Source of the DNA: Felis catus
Taxonomy: Eukaryota
Direction: 5' to 3'
DNA length: 64,000 nucleotides
Assembly (NCBI RefSeq): GCF_018350175.1
Contig: NC_058368.1
Location: 152,894,001 to 152,958,000 of the forward strand
Positions 22,647 to 35,800 of the stretch are shown here, piece by piece. The notes below the pieces were generated by a model that was not told the DNA's origin, did not search any database, and was given only the letters and a program-made list of their open reading frames with translations. Each line of letters begins with the position of its first letter. Within the stretch, counting starts at the first letter, position 1. The translations under genes and the position numbers were made by a program.

Positions 22647-25600
22647 GGTTTCAATCCCTAGCAAAAATGGAGTTCAGCAGAAAACTTGAGAGATGTTTTT
22701 ACAGTGCTTCCATGACTGGGCTAGAGAGTATTCTTCTGTAATAGTAAATGTACGTTTGTGGCTTCTTACCATTGTCTTTTTATTTCTTTTGTTCAGAATT
22801 ATACTAAATAAAAGTGTAGGATACCATAAGCAAGGTTCTGCATCACTAGCTTAGAATATATCTTTGTGTCATTTATCACTTATAGTTAAATTCAGAGGCA
22901 AAAGATTGTTTTCCTGTTTATATTTTTGCTGTGGAAGTTTTAATAAGTCCGTTATTTATATAGAAATATCTGTTCATTGAAATGTTGCAGGTAGAAGTTT
23001 TGAGATAAGATCTCTTTTTTCAGTATTATTTATTTAAAAAATAATATGTATTTTTCTTCAGTGCCAAGTTAAAATGTCTCGGTTACCTAAAAGAAGATTA
23101 CTAAATGGCAAGAAATTGTGAGACCATTCACTTCAAGTATAATGTGAAGAACAGCAAACAAATTTTTATGGTATTGGGTGATATTTCTCGGAAAAACATC
23201 TAATTATATCTTTGGAATTTTTATCTTAGAATCACATTGCCAACCCATGTGTGCCCTGATAAGGCTGGTAAACAACTAGGACAAAGGACAAGTTTGCAGT
23301 TCAGGGTTCTCAGTTCTGGGGGTTCTGTCAGGAAAAGCAATTCTCCAAATCTAAAAAAAGCACAGAAATTTTCTCATAGAAAACATGATAAGATAGAACT
23401 GCATTTACTCTCTGGTTGGTAAACTTAACAAAGGGAAATACTTGGTTTTTTTCCCTCTGTTTTTTTTGTTTGTTTGTTTGTTTGTTTATTTACATGGCTT
23501 AAGCACATATTTTTAAACTGAAGAGTAAATTTGTCTAGAAAAAAAATGTATGTAAAAATGATTAAATTTGTTGGCCAGTCTATATATTATCTGAATTCAG
23601 AAGACACTAAATATCTGAGAATTTTAAATACTTAAATTAAGTTTTTGGTGGCCATTGGATGTGCAGGAGTTGTAACTACTTAGACATTTTCCTCAGTAAA
23701 GGACAAGGGAATTGCCTTAAAATTCAGAAGCTTGTTCTCTGGCATTTAGCTGAAGATGGGCTATCAGTGTTTGTCCAGTTTTCTAATTCTGCAACATTTG
23801 GGGTGTCATTTTGCCATGTCATTTTGTTTTCCGGGTAGAATGCTGCCCAAATATTCCTGCCAACAGGTTCTGCTTTAATGCTGAAATGTCCTTTTGGTTT
23901 GAATATATAGCATCTTTGGGACTCTAAGAATCGTTGATTACAATGTGAAGGAAGCCAGAAGCCATGTGTAAACTCTCAAATACAGGTTCCTTCTGGCTGC
24001 TACAGGGCCCGGTTTCTCCCCTTACAGCTTCCCTGTTTTGTTGAGACTGCCAGCTCAGGAAAGCCATTGTGTGTGCAGAGTCTGAAAATGCATATCTAAA
24101 AAGTATATTTGTATCAATTAAAGCAGAATGAGACAAATGACAAATTATAAAGTATAAACTAATCAGAACAGATTTTTGTTTAGTTGGAAGTTTGGGTTAG
24201 TTACTTACTCACCAGAAGTAAGTATTATTTCTGCTTTGTTACTAAACAAACAAACAAAAAGAAACAAAAAAAAAAAGTAAGAATTGAAGTACAAGGATCA
24301 AAATTGGGTCTCGCTTTGAGGATTGGGAACTTGAGAAACACAAAGGGTCGTTATCCAGTAGAACATTTGTGATTATATGCTAGTGCATATGTAAGTAGAT
24401 CAGAAATGTGTTTCTTAAGCTTCATTGTGGGCATCTTATTAAAATTCAGATACTGAACCAGTAAGCCTGGGGTGGGCTTCTAGATCGGGCTTGTTAGGAG
24501 ATTAGATTGACCATATTATGACCCAAGTGCATTTCTGGTTGTTGCTGTTGCTGCCACTGCTGCTGTTGCTGTTATTATTGTTATTACCAAACCCACACTG
24601 TCAGCCTGTCTTCCTTACTGTGAAAAATTATTTAAGAAATGACATTAATTAAATTTTTACTTTCATTCATAGTGTCATTGCCTTTTAAACTACTTACAAA
24701 TGCTTGTCTTTCCTTCTGGAAGGAAAGACTACTGCTGCTTTTTTCTTGTTTTATCCTCCCCTACTCCATCCCTAAGTACCCAAAGGAAAGGTACTTAGAC
24801 AAGAGAACTAATGTCCGACTCAGAGTACAGACTATGTTTTTATTTTGGTCTTTCTCATAGCATTTCATACTTGGCAGAACTTCTCAGTGTTGTTTTTGGA
24901 CATAAAATAAACCACTAGAAAGAAAGTGTAGCCAGTCCCTCCCCAATTCTTTCTTCCCTCTGAAGACCTTGAGTGTACCCCCATTTAGATGGTATTGTGC
25001 CCCCATTTAAATGGTATTAAGTATGTAAGGTTTCTATTTTTATTTTTTGTCCAAAAATTTTGTATTCAATTGTGCCTTGTCTTCATGTAGAGATTAAATG
25101 GTGACCATGAATAAAGAGTATTCCGTACCCAGATATGAATATATATTTAAGTTGAATTTATTATGTATTTGAGTCTTAATTCAGGTGTGATCCTCAATAT
25201 GGCCAGAGGCTTAGCACATTCATGACTGAATGCCCATTCCATTGTCCACTAGTGAAATTAAAACCAAAAATTTGAGTAAACTCTCCTTATCCCAGGTGAG
25301 GATCATCATTCATCTATAAAGTCAACCACTTGGAACTCATCTACCACATGCACAGTTTTGAGATTGAGATTATGCCATGGGAAATTCCAAGCAAGACATG
25401 CACGCATGAATTATGTAAATGACAGTCTATAATAACAACCTCATTGTAAGAACCAAGTGTGTATGTAGGTCTCTTCTTCTCTAGTGTACTGTATAGTATT
25501 CCATAAGCTATCAACAGGGGGCCTCAGCTTGAAAGTCTTCATGTAGCAACGTAGCCAACCAGGTTGTTGAAGGATGTATGAGATGTGAAGACTTAGAATG

Positions 25601-26089
25601 TGCACATTCTAGGAATGGGAAGGAGAAAGAATAAAGGCATGGAGGTTATAACGGACCTGGGCGTTCCACTCAATCGAGGCCTGCCCATGCGCCCCTGCAC
25701 AGGAAGAGATAGATACACTGACTACAGGCGAGATAGTTTCATATTGCCTGAGAACCACGGGGAGCCACCTGTGGAGTTAGTCCAAAAAGGTACAGTATGA
25801 AAGCGGTGTTTTTAAGGATTAATCTGGCAATTAGGGATTAAATCAAAAGTGAATTAAAGTAGATGAGAAGGTGGAATTAGGGAGATTGGTTTAGAGAAGC
25901 TGGGTAGGGCAGCTTTTACCATTATCCAGTTGTGATGGGTTGTGAGCTGGGACAATGGTAGGGGTATTGAGAACCAAAGGAAGAAATAAGAACTAATAAA
26001 AACACCCTGTTTTGCTTTATGAAAGCTTTGAAATCTTCTTTTTTTATAATCAATAAAAAGAGTGCATTGCAAATTTTATTTAATTTAAT

Positions 26090-26300
26090 AAATGCTAATA
26101 TAATACCTGTTAAGTATTATGTGAGGTAAGGATTATGATATAGGTACTAATATTACTCCTTTTTTACAGACGAGGCAGTCAAGGCAAAACGAATAGAAGT
26201 TACTTGCCCTGGGTCACATAGTGGTGACAGAACCAGTAATTGAGCACAAGCAGCCACGCTCCAGTCCTTGCCTTTAACCACTATGCATACTGCCTCATAA
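26090..26300 (-). mobile_element. MIR
   Basis: tattactcctttttacagacgaggcagtcaaggc...gttacttgccctgggtcacatag...ctttaaccactatgcatactgcctc. Confidence 0.75.
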
Positions 26301-26589
26301 ATCAGGAATTAATGAGATTTACTCTGTCACCAAAGGAGGTAGATGATTTTAAGATAACTGTGGAACTCGTGGTTTCATTTGACTTAAATAGAAAAAGCTA
26401 AAAGGTTTAATAGATGGGATACATGCAGTTTGCAGCCTTAGGGATTTAAAGTTGCTATAGCACATTTAAACCAGTGGTTCACATATTACCTATATAAACA
26501 TGAAATCTTGACACTGGAAAACAGGTTCTATGACACAGGTTGTGTACCCATGATTATAGAATACACATAGCTAATGTCATTAAGGGCTT

Positions 26590-26810
26590 GCCTCTATGGC
26601 ACTGAACTAAGTGATTTACACGTATTGCCTTCTTGTTGTAACTACCAGACGAGCTGGGAGCTGCCATCATTCTTATTTTACAGATGGAAAAATAGGACTA
26701 AGTTTTGTTACCTGTCTTAACCTTCATTGGTAGAATGTGGCAGCTGGAAGAAAGATTCCAACTCAAGGCAGCCTGGCTCTGAAACCCATGTGTTTAAAAC
26801 ACTGTGCCAT
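26590..26810 (-). mobile_element. MIR
   Basis: ggcactgaactaagtgatttacacg...attttacagatggaaaaatagg...gattccaactcaaggcagcctggctc. Confidence 0.7.
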
Positions 26811-27249
26811 GTGGAATGAGAAGGATCATTAGGAGTGGATAATTAAAGCACAGTTAAAGTTTCTGAAGCCAAGGAAGGGAAAAAAAGATTTCAAATGGAA
26901 GGACTGAGCATCAGTGGGAGATTAGTCCTCAAATTTGGCAAGAACAAGGTCCCTGGAAACTTGGAGAGAGAGGATGAACATGAGACGTAAAAAGTTAGGG
27001 AAGAAAGGGGTAGGGAAGAAATGGGACAGGCTGATTCACACCATACCTGAAAGAAGTTTGACAGTGAAGGAAGGGGGCTGTCAGGGTTCAGGAAGGGGGA
27101 GCCATTCAGGTGCCTCTGATCATAAAAAGCTTGCTGAAGGGAAGGTGGACCCTGGGACTTCCAGCTACCACCAGCCGAAGGACAGATTTCTCCCTCTCCC
27201 ACCCTACCCTCTTGATTGGTATTTTCCTCCTTTGAAAAAGAGCTTTTTT

Positions 27250-27433
27250 GAAAGAAAAAAAAAGGTTTATTTATTTTGAGAGACACAGGGAGAGTGCATG
27301 TGCTGTGGAGAAGCAGAGAGAGGGGGAGGGAGAGAGAATCCCAATGTGGGACTTGAGCTCACGAACCATGAGATCATGACCTGAGCTGAAACCAAGAGTC
27401 GGACACTTAACTGACTGAGCCACCTAGGGCCCC
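27250..27433 (-). mobile_element. CanSINE with an internal deletion
   Basis: gaatcccaa joined directly to tgtggg; TSD tgaaa(a/g)agagcttttt. Confidence 0.92.
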
Positions 27434-28982
27434 TGAAAGAGAGCTTTTTATAGAAGACTGATGAAAGGGTGATAAAAATTAGTACATTTCTCTTTGGTCT
27501 GTGTTTTTATTTATATTTTTTTATTGCTTTGAAATGTTTTACGCCTAAGGCAAGTGACACCCTGCTATTGTGCCTAACCTAATCATGTTACATCTGGGAG
27601 ATTAGAGCTATAGTTTGAACTCCCCCCTCCCCTATTTCCTGAATCCAAATGTCTTTGATGACTTTATATTTTGGGTATTATTACTGAATTTCATGTGAAT
27701 CTGCAATCAGTTGTGAAGTCAGTTTGTAACTAGTGATTATCAAATAGTTTTATAATCTTTTCTGCAACCAAAAATGTTAGCATTATGTTATTCACAAGTG
27801 TGTGCTTTGAGGGATTAAAATGATATTGGTATTCAGATGAAGTGAAACTTGAGTATCAATCCAGGCATTGAATTTCAGAAGAAATTATATATTTTATTTT
27901 TGCTTTCTTCTTGAGTACACGTTTTCTTTATGCATCAAATTTTTCATTCTTAAATATTTAAATAATACAATCCAGCCTTTTTTCAGCATGCTTTCAAAAT
28001 TCAGCTCAACCATAGACTGTTCTCACTAAATTGAAAATAAGTGGATGCCGAAGATACAAAAATAGTATCATGGTCACACTACTGGGAAATTCAAACTTTC
28101 CCAAGTGCTGAAGTAGCAAAGCAACAGAAAGAGTGAGTAATATTCTGAATGAGGCTACAGTGACATTATCATGTTTGCAACATGGCTTTTGTTACTAGGA
28201 AAATTTGTGAGGCAAATCCAGAATTTACCAGAAAATACCAGTTTGGAATCTTCTATTACAGCCTCAGAAACATAAACTATCCTTGACTTTTTAAAAGCCT
28301 TCTTTTGATATCCTTAACTAGGGAAAATTGGCATCTGAGAAAAATCGTTTTTATGAATATTTAGTACTGGCTGTAAAGAACTTTAACAAATATGGAGTGT
28401 AGGGGGAAGAGTCCCAGTTTTGGACTTAGAAGGACAAATGGAGTAATATCCTGAGCTGTATCAGAAAAATATTTGGAAAAATAAGAATGCCTGCCTTGCA
28501 GAGTTGTTAAGAAGATAATAGATCATGTTCAACAAGCTGGAAACGCAAGGCCTGAGAACAAGGGAGCAGAGGAAGGTGAGGATGGTCCCTGCTGCTCACT
28601 GCCGGGCAGAGGCCCTTTGCTTCAGCTCTGAATCGAACACTCCCTAATGCCTTCGGGAGCACCGAGCGCCATTTTCTAGTCCAGAGGTTTTCTTAAATCA
28701 ACCGCAAGGGAGGTGACAAGTTTTTCAGGCTCACCCCCTTAAAATAGCCCTCTCTGTCTTGCCTGCTGCCACACTTCTCACTGTAACTGTCCCGGAAAGG
28801 CTTTGCTGTTGGGCCACATTATGTGTATGCACTGTATTAATTTTGCTTTGTTTATATTTTTTAAATGAGCTTCCCCCCCACCCCCCGCCCAGTCTTGAGT
28901 GTTTCCTAAGTTCTTATGTCTTTTTTGCTTGTGTTGAGTTGTTGAAACCTTAAGAACTGGAGACAGATGTGTATGTGTCTTT

Positions 28983-28984
<2 letters not shown>

Positions 28985-29040
<56 letters not shown>

Positions 29041-29070
29041 TACATACATATATATACATACCTATATATA
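28985..29070. repeat. (TA)n(CA)n compound microsatellite
   Basis: Read directly. Confidence 0.93.
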
Positions 29071-29101
29071 TGCCTTTATATATATATGCTTACATACATT
29101 T

Positions 29102-29321
29102 ATGGTTTTTAAATTTTTTTAATGTTTATTTTTGAGAGAGACAGAGACAGAGTGCAAGTGGAGGAGGGGCAGAGACAGAGAGGGAGACACAGAATCTGAA
29201 GCAGGTTCCAGGCTCTGAGCTCTGAGCTCTGAGCCCGATGTGGGGCTCAAATCCACGAACCACAAGATTGTGACCTGAGCTGAAGTTGGACACTTAACCA
29301 ACTGAGCCACCCAGGCACCCC
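29102..29321 (-). mobile_element. CanSINE
   Basis: Perfect 17-bp TSD tatgcttacatacattt at 29085-29101 and 29322-29338. Confidence 0.96.
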
Positions 29322-31164
29322 TATGCTTACATACATTTAAATGGGCATCCATGTGTCTTTTAAAAATTATATATGCCTTTATATATAAAAAATATAAAAT
29401 ACATATATTTATATATTAGTGTGTATGTAGTGTGAGCTTGTGCACATGTATGTGTATACATTTGACATTTGAAATAGGCTTATATTTAAAAAACACAGAA
29501 ACATGTAATGAAACTCTTGGTACTGCTAAGGACTACCTACTATAAACACTGATATGCATAAATTCCTTGTAATCCTTATAACACCGTGAGGTAATCAGTA
29601 TTATTTTTATTACTCCTCGATTGCACATAAAAAATAGGAGACCCCAGAAGGTTTTGTTAGTTACCCCCTGCTCCCCAATCCATATCAAGTAGGTCTGTCA
29701 TCTCCAAAACCCTGCTGTCCGTCTCCACCCCTCTTGGAAGGAACCAGAGAACTGGGTGGTGCCTTCTTCCTCCACTTCCATGGAACATAAGAGCATGGTC
29801 TCTTGGAGATGGTTTTTAAAACAGTTTTGTTGAAACACAATTCATATACCATATGTTTCCCCCATTTAAGGTGTACAGTTCTTTGACTTTCGATATATAT
29901 GCTGAGTCATGCAAGCAGCACCAGTCAATTTTATTTATTTTTCTAGCCTTATTGAGATATAGCCAACATTTACTATTATACTAATCATTTTAGTGGGCCT
30001 CCCTTCGGTCTCGTTTCTAGCTCTCAAGTATCCTGCTTTCCTTTTGTAAATCTTTTCAATGACTGGCCCTTACAAAATTTGTTTTTGAATTTACAAACAC
30101 ATCTATAAGCCCTAGAAGTTGTGTCTTGAGCTTCAGCTGCTTGCTCTACCAACAGAATGTCTTATATTTAGTCGCCTATCTGCCTAACTGATCTTTAAGT
30201 TCCTGAGCAAAGAAACTCTTTTTTTGCGTCATATGCTATGCCAAATGGTAAACAAGAGGGCCAGAATAACACTAGTTACAAAAGTGAAGCAGCCTTTCTT
30301 ATTGGCTTGTTAGCTGTGTGGGGCCTACAACCACCTTTCTAGCAAAGCCCCATTTGGATCCAATCTCCCAGGAACGTGTGCTCTGTGTTCTGCCAGGGAT
30401 GGGAGGAACTTGGTTTCAGGTGCTATGTTTTGGTTATAAGGCTGAATGTTATTGCCAAATTGAAACACTGACATGTTATGTATCAACAACCAAGTGTATT
30501 TCGTTGCCAGATGTCATCTGCAGAAGATAGTGTGTGCATGTGATCTTCGGGGATTAGGTGTGAAAACTGAGAAATTCCATAGTAACCCCAGGCCTCACTT
30601 CTAAGCCCCACTCCCATCCAGTTTAGTCCCCCGTACCTTCAGGAATACAGAAATCAAGGTGAAAGTGTGAGTGAGGTGAAAGAGTGAGTGAGGTGAAATG
30701 ACACTCTGAGTTCGTATTCTCATTTTTTAAAAATGTTTTAAAACTTTTTCAGTACGGATTTCCCTTTTCAAAAATATGTATAGACTTAACTATATTTGGG
30801 AATTAAATGTATTTTATCTTGCCGCTTCCAGAGTTTATCCTAATTGTTATCATGTTCCTGTAAACCATCTTTCTTCTACAGTAGCCTCAAAACTATTCCC
30901 CATGGTTTTACTCTGGCCCTGGTCTTTATAATCGGTTCTCTTCTCAGTAGCCAGAGTAGTCCTTTCAAAGGCTGAATCAACCCAAGTCATTCTCCCACCT
31001 GAAATCCTTCAGTGACTTCCTATTGCTCATAAAAAGAGGAACTTTTGGCCTTTGTCCAGAAACTCCTTGAGGGTCATTCCTGCCTGTGCTGATCTTACCT
31101 TCTACCATCTTTACCCATTCACCCAGCACCAGCCAATAATTTTTTTTAAAAAAATTATTATTAC

Positions 31165-31373
31165 TTTTTAAATTTTTTAATGTTTATTCATTTTTGAGAG
31201 ACAGAGAGCATGAGCGGGAAAGGAGCAGAGAGAGGGAGACACATAATTGGAACCAGACTCCAGGCTCTGAGCTACTAGCACAGAGCCCAACGTGGGGCTC
31301 GAACTCACAAACTGCGAGATCATGACCTGAGCCTAAGTCTGATGCTCAACCAACTGAGCCACCCAGGCATCCC
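31165..31373 (-). mobile_element. CanSINE
   Basis: Reverse head ...gagccacccaggcatccc. Confidence 0.93.
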
Positions 31374-31384
31374 ATGTTTTTTTT

Positions 31385-31590
31385 TACTTTTTTTAAAGTT
31401 TTTATTTATTTAGAGAGAGGGTGAGAGCACAAGCGGAAGAGAAACAGGCAGAGAAGGAGAGAATCCCAAGCAGGATCCATGCTGTCAGCACAGAGCCCCA
31501 TGTTGGTCTCAAACTCATGAACCATGAGATCATGACCCAAGTGGAAATCAGGAGTCAGACACTTCACTGACTAAGCCACCCAGGTGCCCC
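31385..31590 (-). mobile_element. Older CanSINE, adjacent to the previous copy
   Basis: Reverse head ...taagccacccaggtgcccc. Confidence 0.92.
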
Positions 31591-32667
31591 TGCTTATTCG
31601 TATATTTATTCATCTCTCCACCCTTTCTTCATGCTTGGCACATATGTTATCACCTCAGAACAGGCTCCCTGAGTAGCCCCGCTGCTCGCATCACTGTTAC
31701 ATTTACTTTATATATGAAATCAGTAACTGGATTCTCTTGTTTATTTATTATGTTCTGTCCTCTTCCTCATTTCCTCCTTCTTATCTCCTAGAATATAAAG
31801 TCCGTTTGATCAGGAATTGCCTGTCTTGTTCATTGCTATGTGTCCAGCGCCCATAAAAAGCTTTTTGGCACATACGAGATTTCCAATAAAAACTAGTTAA
31901 AATAATGAGAAAAACAATCAAGTAAAAGAAAATTATAGGCTTGCTCCTAAAAAAACATTCCTCTGCATTTTAAAATGAAGTTATCACCATTTTCTCACGA
32001 AAATAAACTCAATTCCTTGAAGAAAAATCAGAATTAAAAATTACTTATATTACTAAAAATTTGTAATGTTGTAGTGGTCTACAACTTACAGACAAAGTGC
32101 ATTATAAATCTTGGTTTATAATTTAAATGCACTCAACTCAGAATTATGTTTTCTTCCCCAGAAAAATAGTTCTAAAGAGAAGTTAAGATCCCAAGCCAGC
32201 CACCAAAACCTGTTCAACTCTTCATCCAGCTCTTAAGGATCCTAATTGTACTTTGTAACTTTTCTTCATGTTGAAACACATTCTAATTTCTGATTGGGAA
32301 TTTCAGTCAACCTTGCTGTTCCCACAGCCTGTCCTTTCTTCAGAAGCCCACAGAAGTAGACCAGAAGGGCCCAGGATTGGGAAGCAGTGGGGACAGGTGA
32401 AATGGAGTTAGAAGTCAGAGGTAGACTTCTGGAAATCTGCTTCCTGAGTTCAGGGAGATGCTTCTTTGAATAACTTGCATGTCAGATATGAAGGTTTCTG
32501 GATCTTGTGGCAATGGTATAGGACAGGTATTTGGTTCTTAAAGCAGCTTTTTTAACTTCTTATTGAGAAGCAAAGTTAGAGGTGGGAGAACAACTAAATG
32601 TTGGAGTATACAGAAGAGGTTTCTCAAATAAGATCTTTCTGTATTCCATAAGAATAACATTTTGTGA

Positions 32668-32820
32668 GGGGAGCCTGGGTGGCTCAGTCAGGTAAGTTCC
32701 AGCTCTTGAATTTGGCTTAGGTCATGATCTCATGGTCACGAGATGGAGCCCCATGTTGGGTGTGGAAGGATTCTCTCTCTCCCTCTTCCCCTGTCTAACC
32801 CCTGACTCAAAGAAAAGACC
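32668..32820 (+). mobile_element. Shortened, diverged CanSINE
   Basis: ggggagcctgggtggctcag head; perfect 18-bp TSD aagaataacattttgtga at 32650-32667 and 32821-32838. Confidence 0.9.
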
Positions 32821-35800
32821 AAGAATAACATTTTGTGATAGATTGAGTCTAGATGTTCAGGATAGATAATAACTAATTGTGATAGCTAATTGCAATAAAT
32901 AATTATAAATGTCTATAGTACCAAAGTAGACAATATAAGCCATTAAAGTAAGGATCTAAGTAACAAGGTTGTCATATTGATAGTATGTTGGAACCAAGGC
33001 TGAGGTGAAATATCCCAACAGACATAGACATGATGAACATAATGAACATAATGAACTATCCTGCTGTGGTTAGGTCATGTTTATAATTATGATGAAGCCA
33101 CTGATCTTTTTTGAGTTTGTTATATTGGATACCACACCCCCAAAGCCCTTTACCCTACAAATAGCTGAAAGCATTCATTATAATGCTTTCTGTTTTAAAA
33201 ACAAGTGAGTGAATGAGACATAACAATCATAAAACCTTGTTTCCTCCCCCAAATCTATTTTTAAAAATTAAAGTCTTTGCATTTAAGAACATGGTTTTAT
33301 ACCTTGGAGATCTTTAGATTAAAAAGTGAAAGTGTTAGTTAATTTTCTTGGCTTTCTTGAATCTGTAGAGAAATGTTCGATAAATTCTGTTGTACTAGGG
33401 CAATGTAAGCATTTTTAATTCTATATATAGAGGCAGGTAGGTATTGCTTACACTGTTTCTTTACTCCACAGAGGTCCAAAAGTCAGAGAAGTCTAAGAGA
33501 TTAGCCTTAGGAGGCCAGAACGGCTGGTTTCCCACTGTTTTCACTCAGGTCACGGTCATCGTTACTGTTAATTCGTTAAGTACTTGTGAGACCCCGTAAA
33601 AGATGGCCTGTATTATACAAACAGTCCAAACTTGAATTTCATTGTAAGTTAGGGATTGGCATTTTGACAGTGTTTGTCAGGATTAATTACTGAAGACTCT
33701 TGTGTGAATGTAGAAAAGTCAGATGAGAGCAAACAAGTCTGTCTACCTCCTCCTGTTTGAGTCTCAATCAGAGCAGCAGAAAGATCTATTTATTCTCTAC
33801 GAACAAAAAGAAGATCTTTTCTGAAATTTTTGTAGAAGCCCAATTTAAATTTATCTCTTTGTATACAACAGCTATTCATTGTTCCCATTCTGCAAATACT
33901 TAGTGTTATATGTACTGTATCAAGCTTTTTGCTAGGAACTACAGATATAAAGATAAATAAGATTTCCTTTAGATCCTCGAACAATTTATAGTCTACTAGG
34001 AAGGGAATAAACATGTAAATAAATGAATGCAATGGAGTGTTATAGGCCTATGATGGCAGTGTGTGGGATATAGGCCTATGATGGCAGCATATGGTGGGAT
34101 AAAGAAGGAAAGGGAGAATTATTAATTCTATCCAGAGGGTGAGGGGTGGGGTCAGAAAAATCTTTAGAGAGATGAGAATGCTTAAGCTGTCTTGGAAGAT
34201 AAGAAATCTTCACCAGGTGGAATCTACACATAATTAAAATACAGACATTAGTAAAGGCAGAGGAAGGGGCTGTGTCTGGCAGGATTATGATACAAAAGAG
34301 ATTGTTCTACATTGGATTATATTCTGTTTATTTTGCAAGTCTTCAGGGATGGTTCAACTGGTTGAGGGCTGCTGGGGAGGTAGGGAGAATTATTTCTGTG
34401 GCAGACTTGGAAGAGATGGAGAGTAGTCTCCAGACCTGAGCAGAGCTGATATTTGAAGAGGTAACAAGAAATGAGCATTTCTTATAGGTTTTCCAAGGAG
34501 AAGCATTTGGGTGCCACAGATATGTTTTCATGTCTCATGCGCATTTTTCTTAGAAATGTGTTATATAGTCTAATCTGAAAAGGCTAGTGTATCCAGTTCT
34601 ATACTACCCCTGATAAAAATCAGAAGTCTCTGTTCTGTAAGGTATCAGGTTCTCTGGGGTTTTCATGTGAGGTTTTTTTGTCTTTTAATAATGCACAAAG
34701 TAATATCTGTTAAAAAGTGAAGCATTCATTATACATTAAGATAAAAAGCTATTTCATATTTTAAAGATTAATTCTTGAAAACAACTCCAATGAACTCTGT
34801 TATTAGTTTAAGTAAAAAAATAGGAAAAAGCTAATCAAGTATAAAGTATGTTTTTCAGTGTTACTTCAAATGCAATCTACTGCGATCATGTTAAAGGTCC
34901 ATAAAGGCATAAATTAATGTAGTTTCATACATTACATTATTTAAACTTATATAAAAATATCGATACAACACTATATTTTATATGCCTTTTACATAGTCAT
35001 TAAGACAAATTTCAGAAAAACACTACAATGAAGTTGTGCTAGCTCCAACTATGTAACCGTAGGAAATATATCCTGTGTGTATTTTCCATATTACCTTTGC
35101 GAATCTACTATTGAATTAACATTTTTGAGGAAAAGATAGAATTCAGAACATAGAAAAATACAGCGAAAATACCACAGGAAAATATCTGTGTCATTGTTTA
35201 AAATTCAGCATGTGTAACTCTTTTCTAAGTTATTAATAGGCCTGAGAACAACAACATAAGCAATTTCTCCTAAATAGAAGCAAGTCCTAGAGAATAGACT
35301 TCCGTCAGAAGTGGCTGCTGTTAAGGGAGAAGGGAAGCCGAATTCAAACAGTTTTGTGAGAAACTAGAAAAGAGGAAGCAATTCAGCTTCACAATCAGTC
35401 ACTGATATTTGGTTTACTCTCTTTGGAGTTCACAAGTGGCTGCCAAGCTACGTATAACTCACGCTGTCTAATCCTTGGAGGCCTCTCTTCTAGCTGATGT
35501 CTGCGTCAGTGGTGGCCATGAGAGAGGAAGCAACTTCAAGAAAAGATTGTTTACCACTTGAGTTTAACATGGAATTAGAAGGCTACAGTAAGTGGTTTAG
35601 AACACCAGTGGAATGCTGTTTTGTATAAATTTAAAAGACAGTGATTCCCAAGAGTTGCTGAACATCTCGACCTACATGTTAATTAGGATCTCATTCTAGA
35701 AGGGCACCTTCTTACCACTTCCTTGGGATGATTCTGAAAAGTCAAAGACATCTTTTCAGTAAATCCTTCTTAAGTTTATAGTCATTTACAAATTATGTGT

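Larger units (their letters stand above)
30850..31900 (+). mobile_element. L2 3' fragment interrupted by two CanSINEs
   Basis: gtagccagagtagtcctttcaaa...aaatccttcagtgacttcctattgc; 3' end ctagaatataaag...gtcttgttcattgctatgtgtccagcgcc...tggcacat...caataaa. Confidence 0.65.

Noticed and set aside
26891..27286. Longest ORF (131 aa) and the opposite 114-aa ORF
   Set aside because: No recognisable homology, partly SINE-derived, and no supporting splice structure.
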